From Podarcis vaucheri (lineage: Eukaryota), in assembly GCA_965113315.1 (NCBI GenBank), contig OZ220365.1: a stretch of DNA of 64,000 nt, one strand, 5' to 3'. The translations under genes were made by a program, and so were the position numbers. Numbering within the stretch: the first letter of the stretch is position 1; each line of letters opens with the position of its first letter. Shown piece after piece: positions 50,019 through 62,723 of this stretch. The notes below the pieces were generated by a model. That model was not told where the DNA came from. It saw only the letters and a program-made list of their open reading frames with translations, and did not search any database.

Positions 50019-50147
50019 CAGGCATGGCCAAACTTGGCCCTACAGATGTTTTGGGACTACAGTTACCATCATCATCCCTGACCACTGGTCCTGTTAGCTA
50101 GGGATGATGGGAGTTGTAGTCCCAAAACATCTGGAGGGCCAAGTTTG
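50019..50147. mobile_element. hAT (Charlie-type) MITE
   Basis: 8-bp TSD GTCTAAAC (50011-50018 and 50148-50155); right TIR shortened. Confidence 0.85.
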
Positions 50148-51045
50148 GTCTAAACCTTGCTTCTCCCTCCCTCCTTTTTATGTTAATTTCTTATTATAGA
50201 CGTGTGTGTTATATTGTGCTAACATTTGTGTCATATTGCAAAGACTTCACAATAAACTGCTACTTCTGCTACAAATATTCTTATAACTCTGGGCTAAATT
50301 TTCAGTGTGAATGGGGTGAAGATGCAAGGATAAATGAATTTAGAAGAAACTTGTTGGAATATCTTACTGCAAAAGGTTTCTTGGACTCCTGGGGAACTAT
50401 TTGGTTCTCATGGATATGCAAAAGTTGCCCTGTAAAATTAAATAGATATCTCCCTTTTAATGTATCTTGCTTGGAAGTTACGATTGGTTGGAATCCTATA
50501 ACTATAGATATGTTAATTACATTACATTACATTACATTTCTATTTTCTTCTCTTTGATATACTGTGCAGTGGCAAGCTGCCAATGCAATGTTCCCAAAGT
50601 TAAATGGAAATATTTTCTTTTAAAAAGTCACGAATGCTACTTTTCTGCTGGCTTGGACCAGCTATTAAGTCTAATCAGGATTTTAATGTCAGCTAGAAGG
50701 AGGTGATTTAGTGACCATGAACTACTGCAGCCATAAGACGACATAGCATTACGTACTATTAGCACATTCAGACTTAGGAAAAATTTTTTTGAGGGGGGGG
50801 GTTGATGTGTCCGTTTAAGTGGGGCACTAAACTACATACTATGGAAAGCAGGGTGGCCACTTACATGTCACTAAAAAAAGAGAAGACTGTGACCAGTTGA
50901 TCTATGTGATTGCTCAGTCAGCTCTCTAGGTGATAACTGTTGAAGAGCAACCTCTAAGCCTTGTACTCTATCTTCACATAGTTCTTTGTCTTTAAACTTG
51001 ACCTGGGCTGGACAGTCCTACAAACAGAGGACTGCCCTCCTCTTC

Positions 51046-51387
51046 AAAGGTAAAGGTAAAGGGACCCCTGACCATTAGGTCCAGTCGTGTCCAACTCTGG
51101 GGTTGCGGCACTCATCTCGCTTTATTGGCTGAGGGAGCCGGCGTACAGCTTCTGAGTCATGTGGCCAGCATGGCGAACCAGAGCAGTGCATGGAAACGCC
51201 GTTTACCTTCCTCCTGGAGCGGTACCTATTTATCTACTTGCACTTTGATGTGCTTTCCAACTACTAGGTTGGCAGGAGCAGGGACCGAGCAACGGGAGCT
51301 CACCCTGTTGCGGGGATTTGAACCACCGACCTTCTGATCAGCAAGCCCTAGGCTCAGTGGTTTAACCCACAGCGCCACCCGTGTCCC
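51046..51387 (-). mobile_element. Sauria SINE
   Basis: (AAAGGT)n tail at the left; ...CACAGCGCCACCCGTGTCCC head at the right. Confidence 0.9.
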
Positions 51388-53330
51388 TCAAAGAGTGTCT
51401 TCAAAGAGAGGGCTCTAAATTAGGCCACATAGCCACCATAATGAGAAAGTTGCTCCAGGCCTAATTCTCTTGCATCTGCCAGCTAGGAAGAAGAGGTAGG
51501 TGTTGGTGCCTGGAAATATGTGATAGGAAGGCTGTTCAGCAGAGGCAGAGAACTTCAGATCTGGGAGCAAAATATGGCTCTTTGGAGATCTTTATTCAGT
51601 CCTCAAAACTCTACCCAGATCACACCTGCTCACTGATCTAGCTCCATGCTTTCCTATAGTGCTTTTGCCTGGATGAAGTGTGTCTTTGTACCAAGCAAAT
51701 GAACCTTGCTTGACTGGATGAAGAGCTGTGTGTATGTAAAAACCTTTAGACTTCTGTGCAGCTGTAATGGAGCGTACTCTACAATGGTAGGAGTCACATC
51801 TGTTGCTCTGCTGACTTTGCCTCTGGCCCTGTCCACAGCTGGCATGTGGCCCCCAGAAGGCTGTCTACAAGGGAATATGGCCCTCAAGCCATATTCCGCT
51901 ATCCCTGCTGTAGGCTTCACAACAGTGAGGTGCCTAACAATTTGCCCATGGGAGGCTTAGGGTTTTAATGGATTGAACTGCTTGAGGCAGAATAAGCCCT
52001 TGGGAGAGAGGATGTCTTATAATTGTTGAGAAACTGTAATTTAAGAACCATTTTTTCTACCCAGGACCAGGGACCCTGGGAGCAAGCTTCTTGCAAGGAA
52101 TGGATGAACATATGCGGGTTCAGGGAATATTTTGTTTAGTGTCGTTGTGTTAGGATTGCTCTCTGTGTGTATGCAAGGATTTTGTTGCATACAGCTGATT
52201 GGTTGGTTTCACCAGAATAGAGGGAACTATAACCTTGATGAGAAGGAGGGATATGGTGCCCTACACATGACATTCTGGCAGGTTGCGTATTTCACAGAAG
52301 ATGTGATCCCGGATTTCAAAGGAAATTTATTCACCTAGTGTCAGCATTGCTATTTCCTGGCACAGATCTTCTGCCAGACAGAATTCTGCAAAAAGACAAA
52401 CAATGAAGTTTTGCTCTAAAAGCATGTAGAACAAAACTCTGCAATTTTTGCTCTTGACCAAATAATCAGTATGCATAGTATTAAGATTGCATTTGGCTCA
52501 GAAAATGAAGGATTATTTGATTGAATGATTACTTGAATTTTTTGATGTAATTTAAAAGTGCAAGTCAGTCTCATTCCAGGGTCGTTTCCTTGCATTCATT
52601 CTATTCACCTTGGTGTCTCACTCACAATTTAAACCTTTACCAGCAATGAGAGGCTCTCCAAAACAAGAAATTATATATGCAATGACAGTCTGAAGCTTAG
52701 CAACTGTGGCCTTTTTTATTAGGCCTTTCAAATTCACAATGTTTCTGATTAACTAGTCCAAGTTTAAAGGCAGCCTGATATGTGAGCATTTGACTCCTGG
52801 TTGAAAAATGATGTGCATCATTATGTGTTAATTATCTACTTGTCTTGGTTCAAATTAGGGAGAACAGTATGTTCAGGTAAGGGATTTGATGCAATAGGAT
52901 TGAAACCGCCGGAGCTGCTCCCCAACCCCGATCCTAATGCACGGTACTCAATTTCGTTTGTCAGGTATGGTTTAAGGGAAGCGACTGAGAATCCTATCTG
53001 CCTATTTCCACTTCTTCATTTGCATAGGCCAAACTGAAGGGTCGTGCCCCGATTACCCTGGGGTAGTTTGTCCATTAACACGGTGCAGCGATGAACAGCT
53101 TAATCACAGAAACTTGAACATATATAATTCCTCAAATTTCTCCCCAAGTGTAGGGTGCTTGGTGGAGATATAGAACTAATCACAAAAATCTCCACCTACC
53201 AACAGCCCTGGCGCTGGCACCTGGGCCCTAAAGTTGCCGTTAGTGCATGAGGTGGCTTCATAAGATTGTTGAAATGTCAGCATTATGTGACAGAATGTCC
53301 CAACGAGTTCGATGAAATGTGATGATGGTT

Positions 53331-53505
53331 ACTACTACTACTACTATATTCCACTTTTCCTCTGAGGACCTCGCAGAAGCCTACATGCTCCCCCACCCTC
53401 TCCATTTTATCCTCACAGTAACCCTGTGAGGTAGGCTGAGACAACATGACTGGCCCAAAGCCACACAGTGAGCTTCATGTCTGAGTCTGGATTTGAACCC
53501 TGGCC
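53331..53505 (-). mobile_element. MIR/CORE-like squamate SINE
   Basis: CCATTTTATCCTCACAGTAACCCTGTGAGGTAGG...GGATTTGAACCC. A more decayed relative lies at about 17060-17270. Confidence 0.6.
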
Positions 53506-55063
53506 TTCAGTGGCATGTAGTCAGACTATGCTAGTTCCCTAAATGTCACTGGTAAATTAGAATATTAAAGCATTAAAGCCTGGCACCTCCTTCCCAAAAT
53601 CTGGGAAGCTTCTGGCTAAGGGAGGGAGGTCTGACGGCGTCCAAGAGCCGCCCCCCATTGTTTTCACAAGCTGGCGCCTCTGGCCCTGACCTACGAAAAA
53701 TTTCACCGCCCAGCACTCCTGGCCTTCTATGTTTTGCATTACCACTACACTGGCTTAACTCTCAGGGCATCTTAAGTTCCAGACTAGGTATCTTCATAGC
53801 CAGCAGCAGGTACTTGTGCCCACAGATGCATATAAGGATCTCCCTTCTGAATAGACTTGTAAGGGTTATTTTTAGGTGAAAAGTCTGTGAGACTCTTGCA
53901 TCTCAGGAACTCTAGATCATAAATACAAGTTATATCCCATGTTCCTGTGAAAGGTGTAAAGAAACCTGAAGCGGTTCAGAGCTGTAGAATATGACTCTCC
54001 TTTGCATTTTATTTTATTGCAGCATGTCTCCGTAGTGATGGATAGTGACACATATATATCTTTGTTTTGAGGAGAGTACGTGCAGCGATCCCTCAAGCGC
54101 AGTGGCAAAACACCCCATCCCCGAGAACAAACATTTAGAAAACATAATTTTCATGACCCATTGAACTACTACTCTGCTTATTCAGTAAGAAAAACAGTTT
54201 TATCACAATGCAAACTTGTCCCCTACCCCAGAATAGTTCTACCCTAAGTAAGATGCTGTCACTGCAAGTTCTGCCAGAAAGACTCCATAAAAAGGAAAGA
54301 TTCTCATATCTCATTTGCGCACCAGATACTTATCTGCAAAGCTGAGCTTTTATCTGAGCCAATAAGAAGAAAAATGGAACTTCTGATATGGATATAAGGA
54401 CTTCAAAATGGGATGGCACCAAAATAAACACTTGATACAGGTGAGAACAGTTTTCACTCTTAAATGGAGACATTTCTCCATGTCAGGCTAACTGAATTGT
54501 TGTTTCTTCCTATTGCTCAAATGAAATATACGTATATTCACAAAGGTACCAATACAAGAAAGCGTAGTATGAGATCCAGTCAAGCAGGAAATTAAATTGT
54601 AACTGGTGTGTGGATTATTCCTGACATGTTATGCCATGACGAAAGCATTGCCTTATGTTTTCCACAGGGATACATTTGTGACCTCCAACATGGGAAGCAT
54701 GGAACGTTTTGTAAAATTGCAAAACCTCCTCAATATTGAGATGCAATTTTGTTTTATATTATAATCAGAATCCAAAGAATTGCTAAAGTTCCTATCAGGG
54801 GGTTGTTGTTAACCTGGGGGAATGTTTGGCTTTTAAAAGTTGAACAGTTTCCCCTTCACGACTAATTGCAGAAAGCAAAATTTTTATTTTTACCTACTCT
54901 GCAGTTCCAAAACATTTGGACATGGGGCATGGAGCTGGAAAGTCTAAGACCCTCTTGGGCTATCCAAACTCATTTCAAGCTATTTCACTTAATCTGTATT
55001 GCAGACAATTGCTGACTGAGGTGATGGTAAAGCACTTAATTTAACATGCTGATTTTATACAAA

Positions 55064-55230
55064 GGCTGGATCTAGACACATCAAAGAAGTGTTTCAGTTA
55101 AACGTGTTGTAAATGTAAACAGGGAAAACAAGTAGAGAAAAACAGGACTCCACAGTGCAGAATGGTGGCAGAATGTTATATTGCATATACAACACATATA
55201 AATCGCTTTTTCTTTACCAATCATAATCTA
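55064..55230. mobile_element. Second copy of the 30124 repeat
   Basis: GGCTGGATCTAGACACATCAAAGAAGTG...GGACTCCACAGTGC. Confidence 0.6.
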
Positions 55231-56638
55231 GAATGTGGAACTTGTTTGTTTCCAAATATTTTCCCTTCCTTGTAGGACCTTGGCTGACAGCAAGACTTTC
55301 TTGGCTTAGTATAATCCATTTGGCAACTTCTTTATCATACCAAAACCGAGTAGAGGAAGATGTTTTGGCACTTATTGTGCCGTATAAATCATCTTATCTT
55401 ATTTTGTCTGTTTAAATTGCGTCATGGATGGAGTAATTAAAATAGGAAGATGGATGAGAAAGTTGGAACTCTAGGTAAAATTTTCAATTTTATAATAGCT
55501 TTTTACAGAAAAACAACACTGCATAATTGAATCAATGATCTTGCTACTGACTATGTAAGAAGGCAGGAACAGAATGATAAATGCACAATTTGGAATGCCA
55601 GCTATGACGTATGCGGTGGGAAAGCTCTATTAACTTGCTGTGGATCAGAGGTCAGGAACCTCAGGCCAGGGAGCCAAGAGTGGCTCTCCAGGTCCCTCTA
55701 TTTGGCCTTCAATACTCTCTCCAGATACACCCCTCTGCCCAGACCGTGCCCGTCCCTGGTCCTTCTCCAGTGCTTTTGCCTGGCTGGAATGTGTGCTTGA
55801 ACTGTGACGTTCCCATGCTCATTCCATCCCAATCTGACTCGGAAATCTATACCTGGCAACGTGGCTACATAGAGTAATATGGAATAACTTGAGTGTGTGT
55901 CCCTATTCATTTGCATTGGACAGGGCCACAGCAGCCTACGCTGTGAAATTAAATGCAAATGAGATGAGGCAAAGTATAAATAGAGAGACTGAATCGATTG
56001 AGCAGGCCTTCGGCTTTCATGCAATCAAGGTTTAAATGTTAATTCGGATCTCGTTGGCTGCATTAGTTTCCATTGTATTTACACCCACCCACCCCACAAA
56101 CCCATTTTAACTGTGACAGTTAAACTGCATCTCGTGGGTGCTTTAAATATTCTCTTAAATCTATAAGCTGACAATATAAAACACATCTAAGCTTGTTGAA
56201 CTTCCTACTTGAAATTCATCTCACACAAAAGGAAGACCTGGAAAACAGCCATTATTTGTCACAGTCCTGTGTGTCCTACAAAAGGACTGAAGTTGAGCCA
56301 GCAATGTTGGCAAATGTATGACTGTCTGGGGTAGATGCTTGGCATTGAAATCTTTAATTATTGTTTTGTGTTAGCTGCACGCCTGCCTGCAGTATTTGGG
56401 AAAAGGTGCATTTACCGAAGTCAGAATAATTGGTAAAATCTGAATAACAAACAGTAAAGAATAAAACATGATTTTGTTCTAAAATTTGGGGGTTTGGGAA
56501 CAAACCCGTCCTCTGTCTGCCTAAGATACAAATATAAGTGCCTCACAGAGCAATGCAAAACCAATTTTTATCAAGAGATCTGGGAATCCAGGAAATCAGT
56601 TCTGTTCTTGGTAAATTTATGGAAAACATTATTCAATA

Positions 56639-56840
56639 CAGTGGTACCTTGGGTTACAGACGCTTCAGGTTACAGACTCTGCTAACCCAGAAATAGTACC
56701 TCAGGTTAAAAACTTTGCTTCAGGATGAGAACAGAAATTGCGTGGCCCCATTAGCTAAAGTGGCACCTTAGGGTAAGAACAGTTTCAGGTTAAGAATGGA
56801 CCTCCAGAATGAATTAAGTTCTTAACCCGAGGTACGACTG
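56639..56840. mobile_element. Family A MITE
   Basis: TA|CAGTGGTACCTTGGGTT ... AACCCGAGGTACGACTG|TA. Confidence 0.87.
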
Positions 56841-59800
56841 TATAGAATTACCAAGCATGTAGAAGAACAAGTCTTGCTGAAGAAGAATCAGCATGACTTT
56901 TCTTTTAGAGTTCTCTGGAAGTGTTGGCAAATATGTGGATGGGGCTGATCACGTAGAAGATGCTTTGACTCTCAAAAATATTTTGACAAAGTCCCTCACC
57001 TATCAACTGTAACTAATCCATGTTGTATCAGGAAATTCCATCACAATCCATATTCTGTCAGGCAGAGTGACTGTTACACAGGGGCACAGTGTGGGTTGCC
57101 AGCGCCGGGGTGGGGCAAGTATTGCGCCCATCTGGTGGACAGGGCAGTGTTCAAGCCCTTCACTGGCCAGCAGCTAATCAAGGGAGTCTCTCCTTGCAAA
57201 CTAGCCCCAACCTGGAAGCAGAGATAGGCAGAGAAATGTGAAACTAGGAATGCTGTTGTGTTGTGTTGCCTTGCCCTCCTGTCCTTGCAGTGTGGCGCTC
57301 TGGGCAACGCATGTGGCTCCAACAGTGCTTTCCCACCTTTCTCTTCCTCCCCTTGTCCTCAGTGGGTGGTGGTGCCCTCCCCCTCCCTCCCTCTTGGCTG
57401 GCTCAGGGGTGGGGTGCACACAGACACCTCCTTGTTGGCCACAAGAAGGAGGAGGCACCGCTGCAGCCCCAGCCCAAAGGCCCGACCCGGGAGCAGCTTG
57501 CCTCTTCACAGCTCCAACCTCGATGAGGGAATCTGTTGTGGGGGTGCCTGGTTGTGCCCCCTCAGAAATTTGTGCCTGGGGCCAAGGCCCCCCCTGCCTC
57601 CCCCATGCTATGCCACTGCTGTTACATGGTGCCTTATTTTTCAAGTGGGTCAGAGCACACCATTGGGAAGCACTCATATAAGCCGTTCTAAATTGGGTAC
57701 CACATGCCTATGTGTCTTCTCCTCCTCTATCTTCTCCATCTTCTTTTTTACTGTGCTGTGTTTTAATGAACCCATGTATTTTCTGCCCTGGGGTCACCTG
57801 CTGGATGGCATTATACATTTCACAAAGAAATAATAAATAATAGCTGAAAAATGCACTGAGCATGAACGATAGCAATTACAGAGATCAAAATTAGAGGTAT
57901 GGCAGTCTTCTCTACTGAAAAGACAAAGGGACATTAGTTATGGAGCATGTACATGGTACATGTTTTTAGCTGCACCACTGATCAAGTTTGCATTCTTCTG
58001 AGGGCTTGTCATAGTGCTCCAGTGGGAGACAGACTTCCTATGATGGAGACATTTCTATGAGAAAAATTAAGAGGCATCTGCAAAGATGGTAAGACCCTAG
58101 GCACATTTTCACCCACAAGACAGGGATGATGTGCTGGCCCAGGGGTGACCACAGCAGCTATGTGTCTGTCTGTCTGTCTGTCTGTTTGCCTGCCTATTTG
58201 TCATCTATCATCTATCTATCTGATTTATAGCCCACTCTTCATTAAAATCAATCCCAAAGCAAAGAACAACACCTGGTTATTAACATATGGGGCCCTCTGA
58301 CCCATTCCAAAGCTTCTGAGGAGTAAATGTTTCCATCCCACAGGATTTCTGAGGACATTTATGGATTCTCAGTAAAGAGATACCTTTGAATTTCCTTCCT
58401 TCATGGGCATCTTACAATGTAGAAGTGTTTATCCTACAGCAGTGAGTAATGAGGTATTTGATTACATTGTATTCACTCTAGACTCTTTGCTTTAGTCTGT
58501 TCCAAAATGGGATGGTGAATGATTTGTGGTAAATATATTTTCATGAACGGAGCCACAGAAAGAGGAAAGGTGAACTCTGGGTTTAATAGCTGAGTTGGGC
58601 AATTAAAGGGTGAGTTATCACCCTGGCTTTCCAGCATACGGTGTGGGGTGTTGGCCAAATCACTTAATAATAAATAGCCTATCTTTCAGAATACTAAACT
58701 AGAAATTCTTTATGGAATTGTTTTTATTAAGTGCAGAATCTGGAGAGTTTTAAGTGAATTTATTAGGCAGAGTCACATGCTGAAAGATTAAGCTAGAAAA
58801 AATGCTTTTTCATAGCTGAGAATAACCCATTTCACACCCTCTATGTAATGCATGAATGAATCTCTTCTTTTTTTGCCTCACTGCATATCCTGCCTGTCTT
58901 CCTTCCTGTCCTTATTTTTGCTGTTTCGTATTATTTCTCTGTTTCCCAGGTTGTTAATTTAGTTGTTTAAAAACAACAGTCCAGCCCCTTTCCCCAGGAA
59001 TTCATAACATGTCCTTAAACATCATCACTTGGAAATAAGCCCTATTTATTTCAGTGGAACTTAACTTCCAAGTAAGTGAGTTAAGAATGACCTCCCAACA
59101 GCTTTTTCACTTACAATCAAAATCAGGCTTTGGACAGGTGAACGTTCAAGAAAAATGAAGATTAGCAACAATTTAAAGGAATTCAGTGTCTACAGAGCAA
59201 ATAAGGACAGCTGTTTGCACTGAATTAATCCATTTTGAGTTATGTTTAACACCAGCACTTGACCTTCATCTCAAGTTGTATTGTTTTATTTTCCATTTTT
59301 GAATTGCTCCTTTTACTGAAGTCTGTCTCTCAGTGTTTCACCAATAAAAGTATCTCACTTGATCTAACATTTCTAGGACTACTGTTAAACTGTTGTTAAC
59401 AGTTTAAAAAGTGTCTAGATGCTTTGCAACATGCCTTTAGCCTGGGAAAACGAAGCAGTCCATTGAAGGCTGATGGCAGCAGCTCCGCTCTGTGTCCTGC
59501 TCCAAAGAAACTGTCTTTAGCCAGAACTTAGGAGACCCTGAATAAAGGCGGTTAATGCCCTAGATCTATTGATAAGTATTCTTTGACACAGGAATTAGAA
59601 ACCAGCTATCTATACACATTTCTGTATCTATCACAAAGGTTAGAAAGGTAAAATAAATCCTCTGAAATTGAATTTTAAAAAGTAGAGAATCAGCTCATAC
59701 TTCCAATATTATGGTCATATATTCGCAATGCATCCTCAGGACATTGAGTCTTCTCTTTCTGAATTTATCTTCCCAGATATCCTCCCAGAATAGCAACTGT

Positions 59801-61218
59801 TTCCCTTGTTTATTCCATTAGGAATCAGCAACTGGCTGAGTGCCTTTTCCTAACAAGAGGTAGCTGATTTACATGACGAAAAGGTAAGATTACATTTTAT
59901 ATTCAGGCTAGTGGAGAGCTACTGGCCAGGGAAATAGATGGGGAAGCTGTGTGGGCTTTCTTGCCTACATCAAGCTGAGTAAACATCAGTCAGAGATGGC
60001 TTAGTCATGGCAAATCCAGCCTCTCTGCCTTAGATGATCATTGAGTTCTCCCAACTCTATGATTATCTTCTCAAGAAGTGCAAATATAGCTTATCTTGGG
60101 CTGCTGACGCAGTGCTTTAAAGCCAAAGTTATCTTCTGGGATGCCCATCAGCATGTTTATGTTGGTGCATAATAATAGCATGGCTGTGTGCCCCCACTTG
60201 AAAACAGATTTGCTGCTGCAGCAGCATATTCCTGCCTTGCAAGCAAGCCCTTGTGAATGCTAAGGCTGGCACCAGCAGCCTATTAGGAGACTTAGGTCAC
60301 ATTGCTGCTTTTATTTTGGGTGTGTTAATGATCCATGTGCCCTGAACAAACACAAAATACAGAAGGCATATTAACAAACTAATTGGCTTTTAGTTCCAGG
60401 TCACAGTAAAGGTACAATGACCGTTTGTTTTTGTTTGTTTCAGTCATTACATACTTCCTGGGTGGGGAAGAGCCAGCGGGAGAGAGAGAAGGAAAATATC
60501 TCAAGAATGTGCTCAGTGCTTTTCAAAATGCATCAGATTGTTTAGTGGCCAAAGGAAGAGAAACGTTTTCTTGTAATATGTACTTAAGGCTGAGTGCAAA
60601 GTCTAAATTATGAATGAACAATATAGAAGGCGAATATTGCTCCTCCAGTTTAGTTCCATTCCCTGTCATTCAAAATTACATTTGAAGGGGTTAGTCCAGG
60701 TTCTGTTATTAGTTGATTTGAAATCATTGCTAAGAGTGGAGAAAAAGAGTGGTTGAAGTTGCTCGTGATTCAAGGCGCACAAAATCACTTTGGTGAGAAT
60801 CCTTAGAACCCAGTCTGTTACTGACTGTGAAACATCAACAGCAATTACCCATTATCTTTACCCAACAAATAAAGTTATTTCAGAGAGAAAATATACTGAG
60901 AGCTGTGAAAATTACGTTGAATTACATTCAAGGAAAATAGTACCTGTCTCTATATTGCAGTTTACAATGTTCTGTCTCTTTGGCATGCACTCTGTGAAAG
61001 AAACAGATGGCCAGAAAATTGGCTCAGAACCATCCGGAATTTGAAACCTTGGTGACATCAGACTAGGACATCCAGTAGAGTTGAAACTTCTGCAGAGCTA
61101 ATCAAGATGATCCGGTTCATCTTTATCTATTACTCTAAGCTAGACAACTGTTGCCAACTGGTCCAAGATTTAAATAAGACTGGCTAAAATCCTATTAGTT
61201 TAATCAACTATGCATATA

Positions 61219-61637
61219 CAGTGGTACCTCGGGTTACATACGCTTCATGTTACATACGCTTCAGGTTACAGACTCCGCTAACCCAGAAATAGTACCTCGG
61301 GTCAGTGGCGTAGCGTGGGTTGTCAGCACCCGGGGCAAGGCAAGTAATTTGCGCCCCCTAACCCGTGGATTTGCGCCCCCTAACCCGTGGATTTGCGCCC
61401 CCTAACCCTAACCCCCAGATGTTGCGCCCGGTGCGGCCCCGCCCCCCTGCACCCCCCACGCTACGCCACTGCCTCGGGTTAAGAACTTTGCTTCAGGATG
61501 AGAACAGAAATTGTGTTCCGGCGGCGCGGCGGCAGCAGGAGGCCCCATTCACTAAAGTGGTGCTTCAGGTTAAGAACAATTTCAGGTTAAAAACAGACCT
61601 CCAGAATGAATTAAGTACTTAACCTGAGGTACCACTG
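61219..61637. mobile_element. Family A MITE containing a nested hAT MITE
   Basis: TA|CAGTGGTACCTCGGGTT ... AACCTGAGGTACCACTG|TA. Confidence 0.9.
61303..61471. mobile_element. 169-bp hAT MITE with internal 22-bp tandem repeats
   Basis: Perfect 17-bp TIR CAGTGGCGTAGCGTGGG / CCCACGCTACGCCACTG; perfect 8-bp TSD CCTCGGGT (61295-61302 and 61472-61479). Confidence 0.93.
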
Positions 61638-62723
61638 TAATACAAGAGCAATAGTCTGATGATGTTCATGAAACTCTCCAAAACCATCTACCTTGTACTA
61701 TTAAAGTGAGTGTATACTTCTGTTTTTTTTAGTTGAGAAATCCCTTTCTAGATTTAGACGTTCCATTCCATTCCATCCCATCCCATACTCTCTATCTAGC
61801 TCAATAAATATCTAACTGTTAATTTCCTTTGGAAGGGTTGTATGTAATTATATCTCTAGACAGAAGAATTACTGGGATTCCACATCTTGAAGTGTAAAAA
61901 AATAATAACGTTTAGGTTAACTTTTTGTAAGGCTCTGTCACTCTCATATAACAGAGCAAGAAGATGTAATTTCCTTACCAAGCCTTGAAACCTGATCCAT
62001 AAACAATTTGAGAATTACCGTACTATTTCTTAGGTAAATATTCATTCAGCTGAAGTCTACATTGGTTTAAATTGAATTTGACTGATTGCTAGAAACGTGC
62101 TGCACAGTTCAATAGCTTGCAAGGTGGTTTGGGTGAGAGTAGCCACTCCATCATGGCTGTTCATATTATGCTAAGCAAGAGAGCTGAAAACCCTGGATCT
62201 GGAATAGCAATTAGAAATCTTCCCAGTTTACTTAGCTGCCATAGATAGGACTACATTGAAAGTGCACTGCTGGGGTTCTGCCCTGCCCAGACCTCAAATC
62301 TGAGGTCTCCTCAGAGGAGGAGCAGCGGGTGCAAAACCATCCAGCAGAGCTCCACTGGGGAGCAAATGGACACAGATACTTCTGCCCCAGAATGGGAGGT
62401 CCCCACACCACCTGCCTCTCAGATCTCCGTACCTCCCCCTGGGCCTCAGAAGCAGAAGAGTCAGCTAACCAAGCAGGAACTTCATAGCCACTGATGAAAT
62501 GCCTGGGTAGCTGCATGCGAAGCTATATGGGAGAAGTGGAGGTGCATGAAGGCACCTGCTCAGATCAGGGGTTGGCTGACAGCTTCTATTTAAGCTTCCA
62601 GTCTAAACTGCTTCATTGCTTGAAGCAACATCTGTCTCCTAAGCTCTAGGCTGGGGAAAATCAATGCACAGCTGCATTTCAGACTAAATATTTCTTCCAA
62701 GACAGGAGTGTTCAGGCTAGCTT

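Noticed and set aside
57074-57833. Cluster of 80-190 aa ORFs and a CTCF-like TCCACCAGATGGGCGC
   Set aside because: GC-rich decayed hAT-like repeat without domain signatures; the motif has an extra base in the core.
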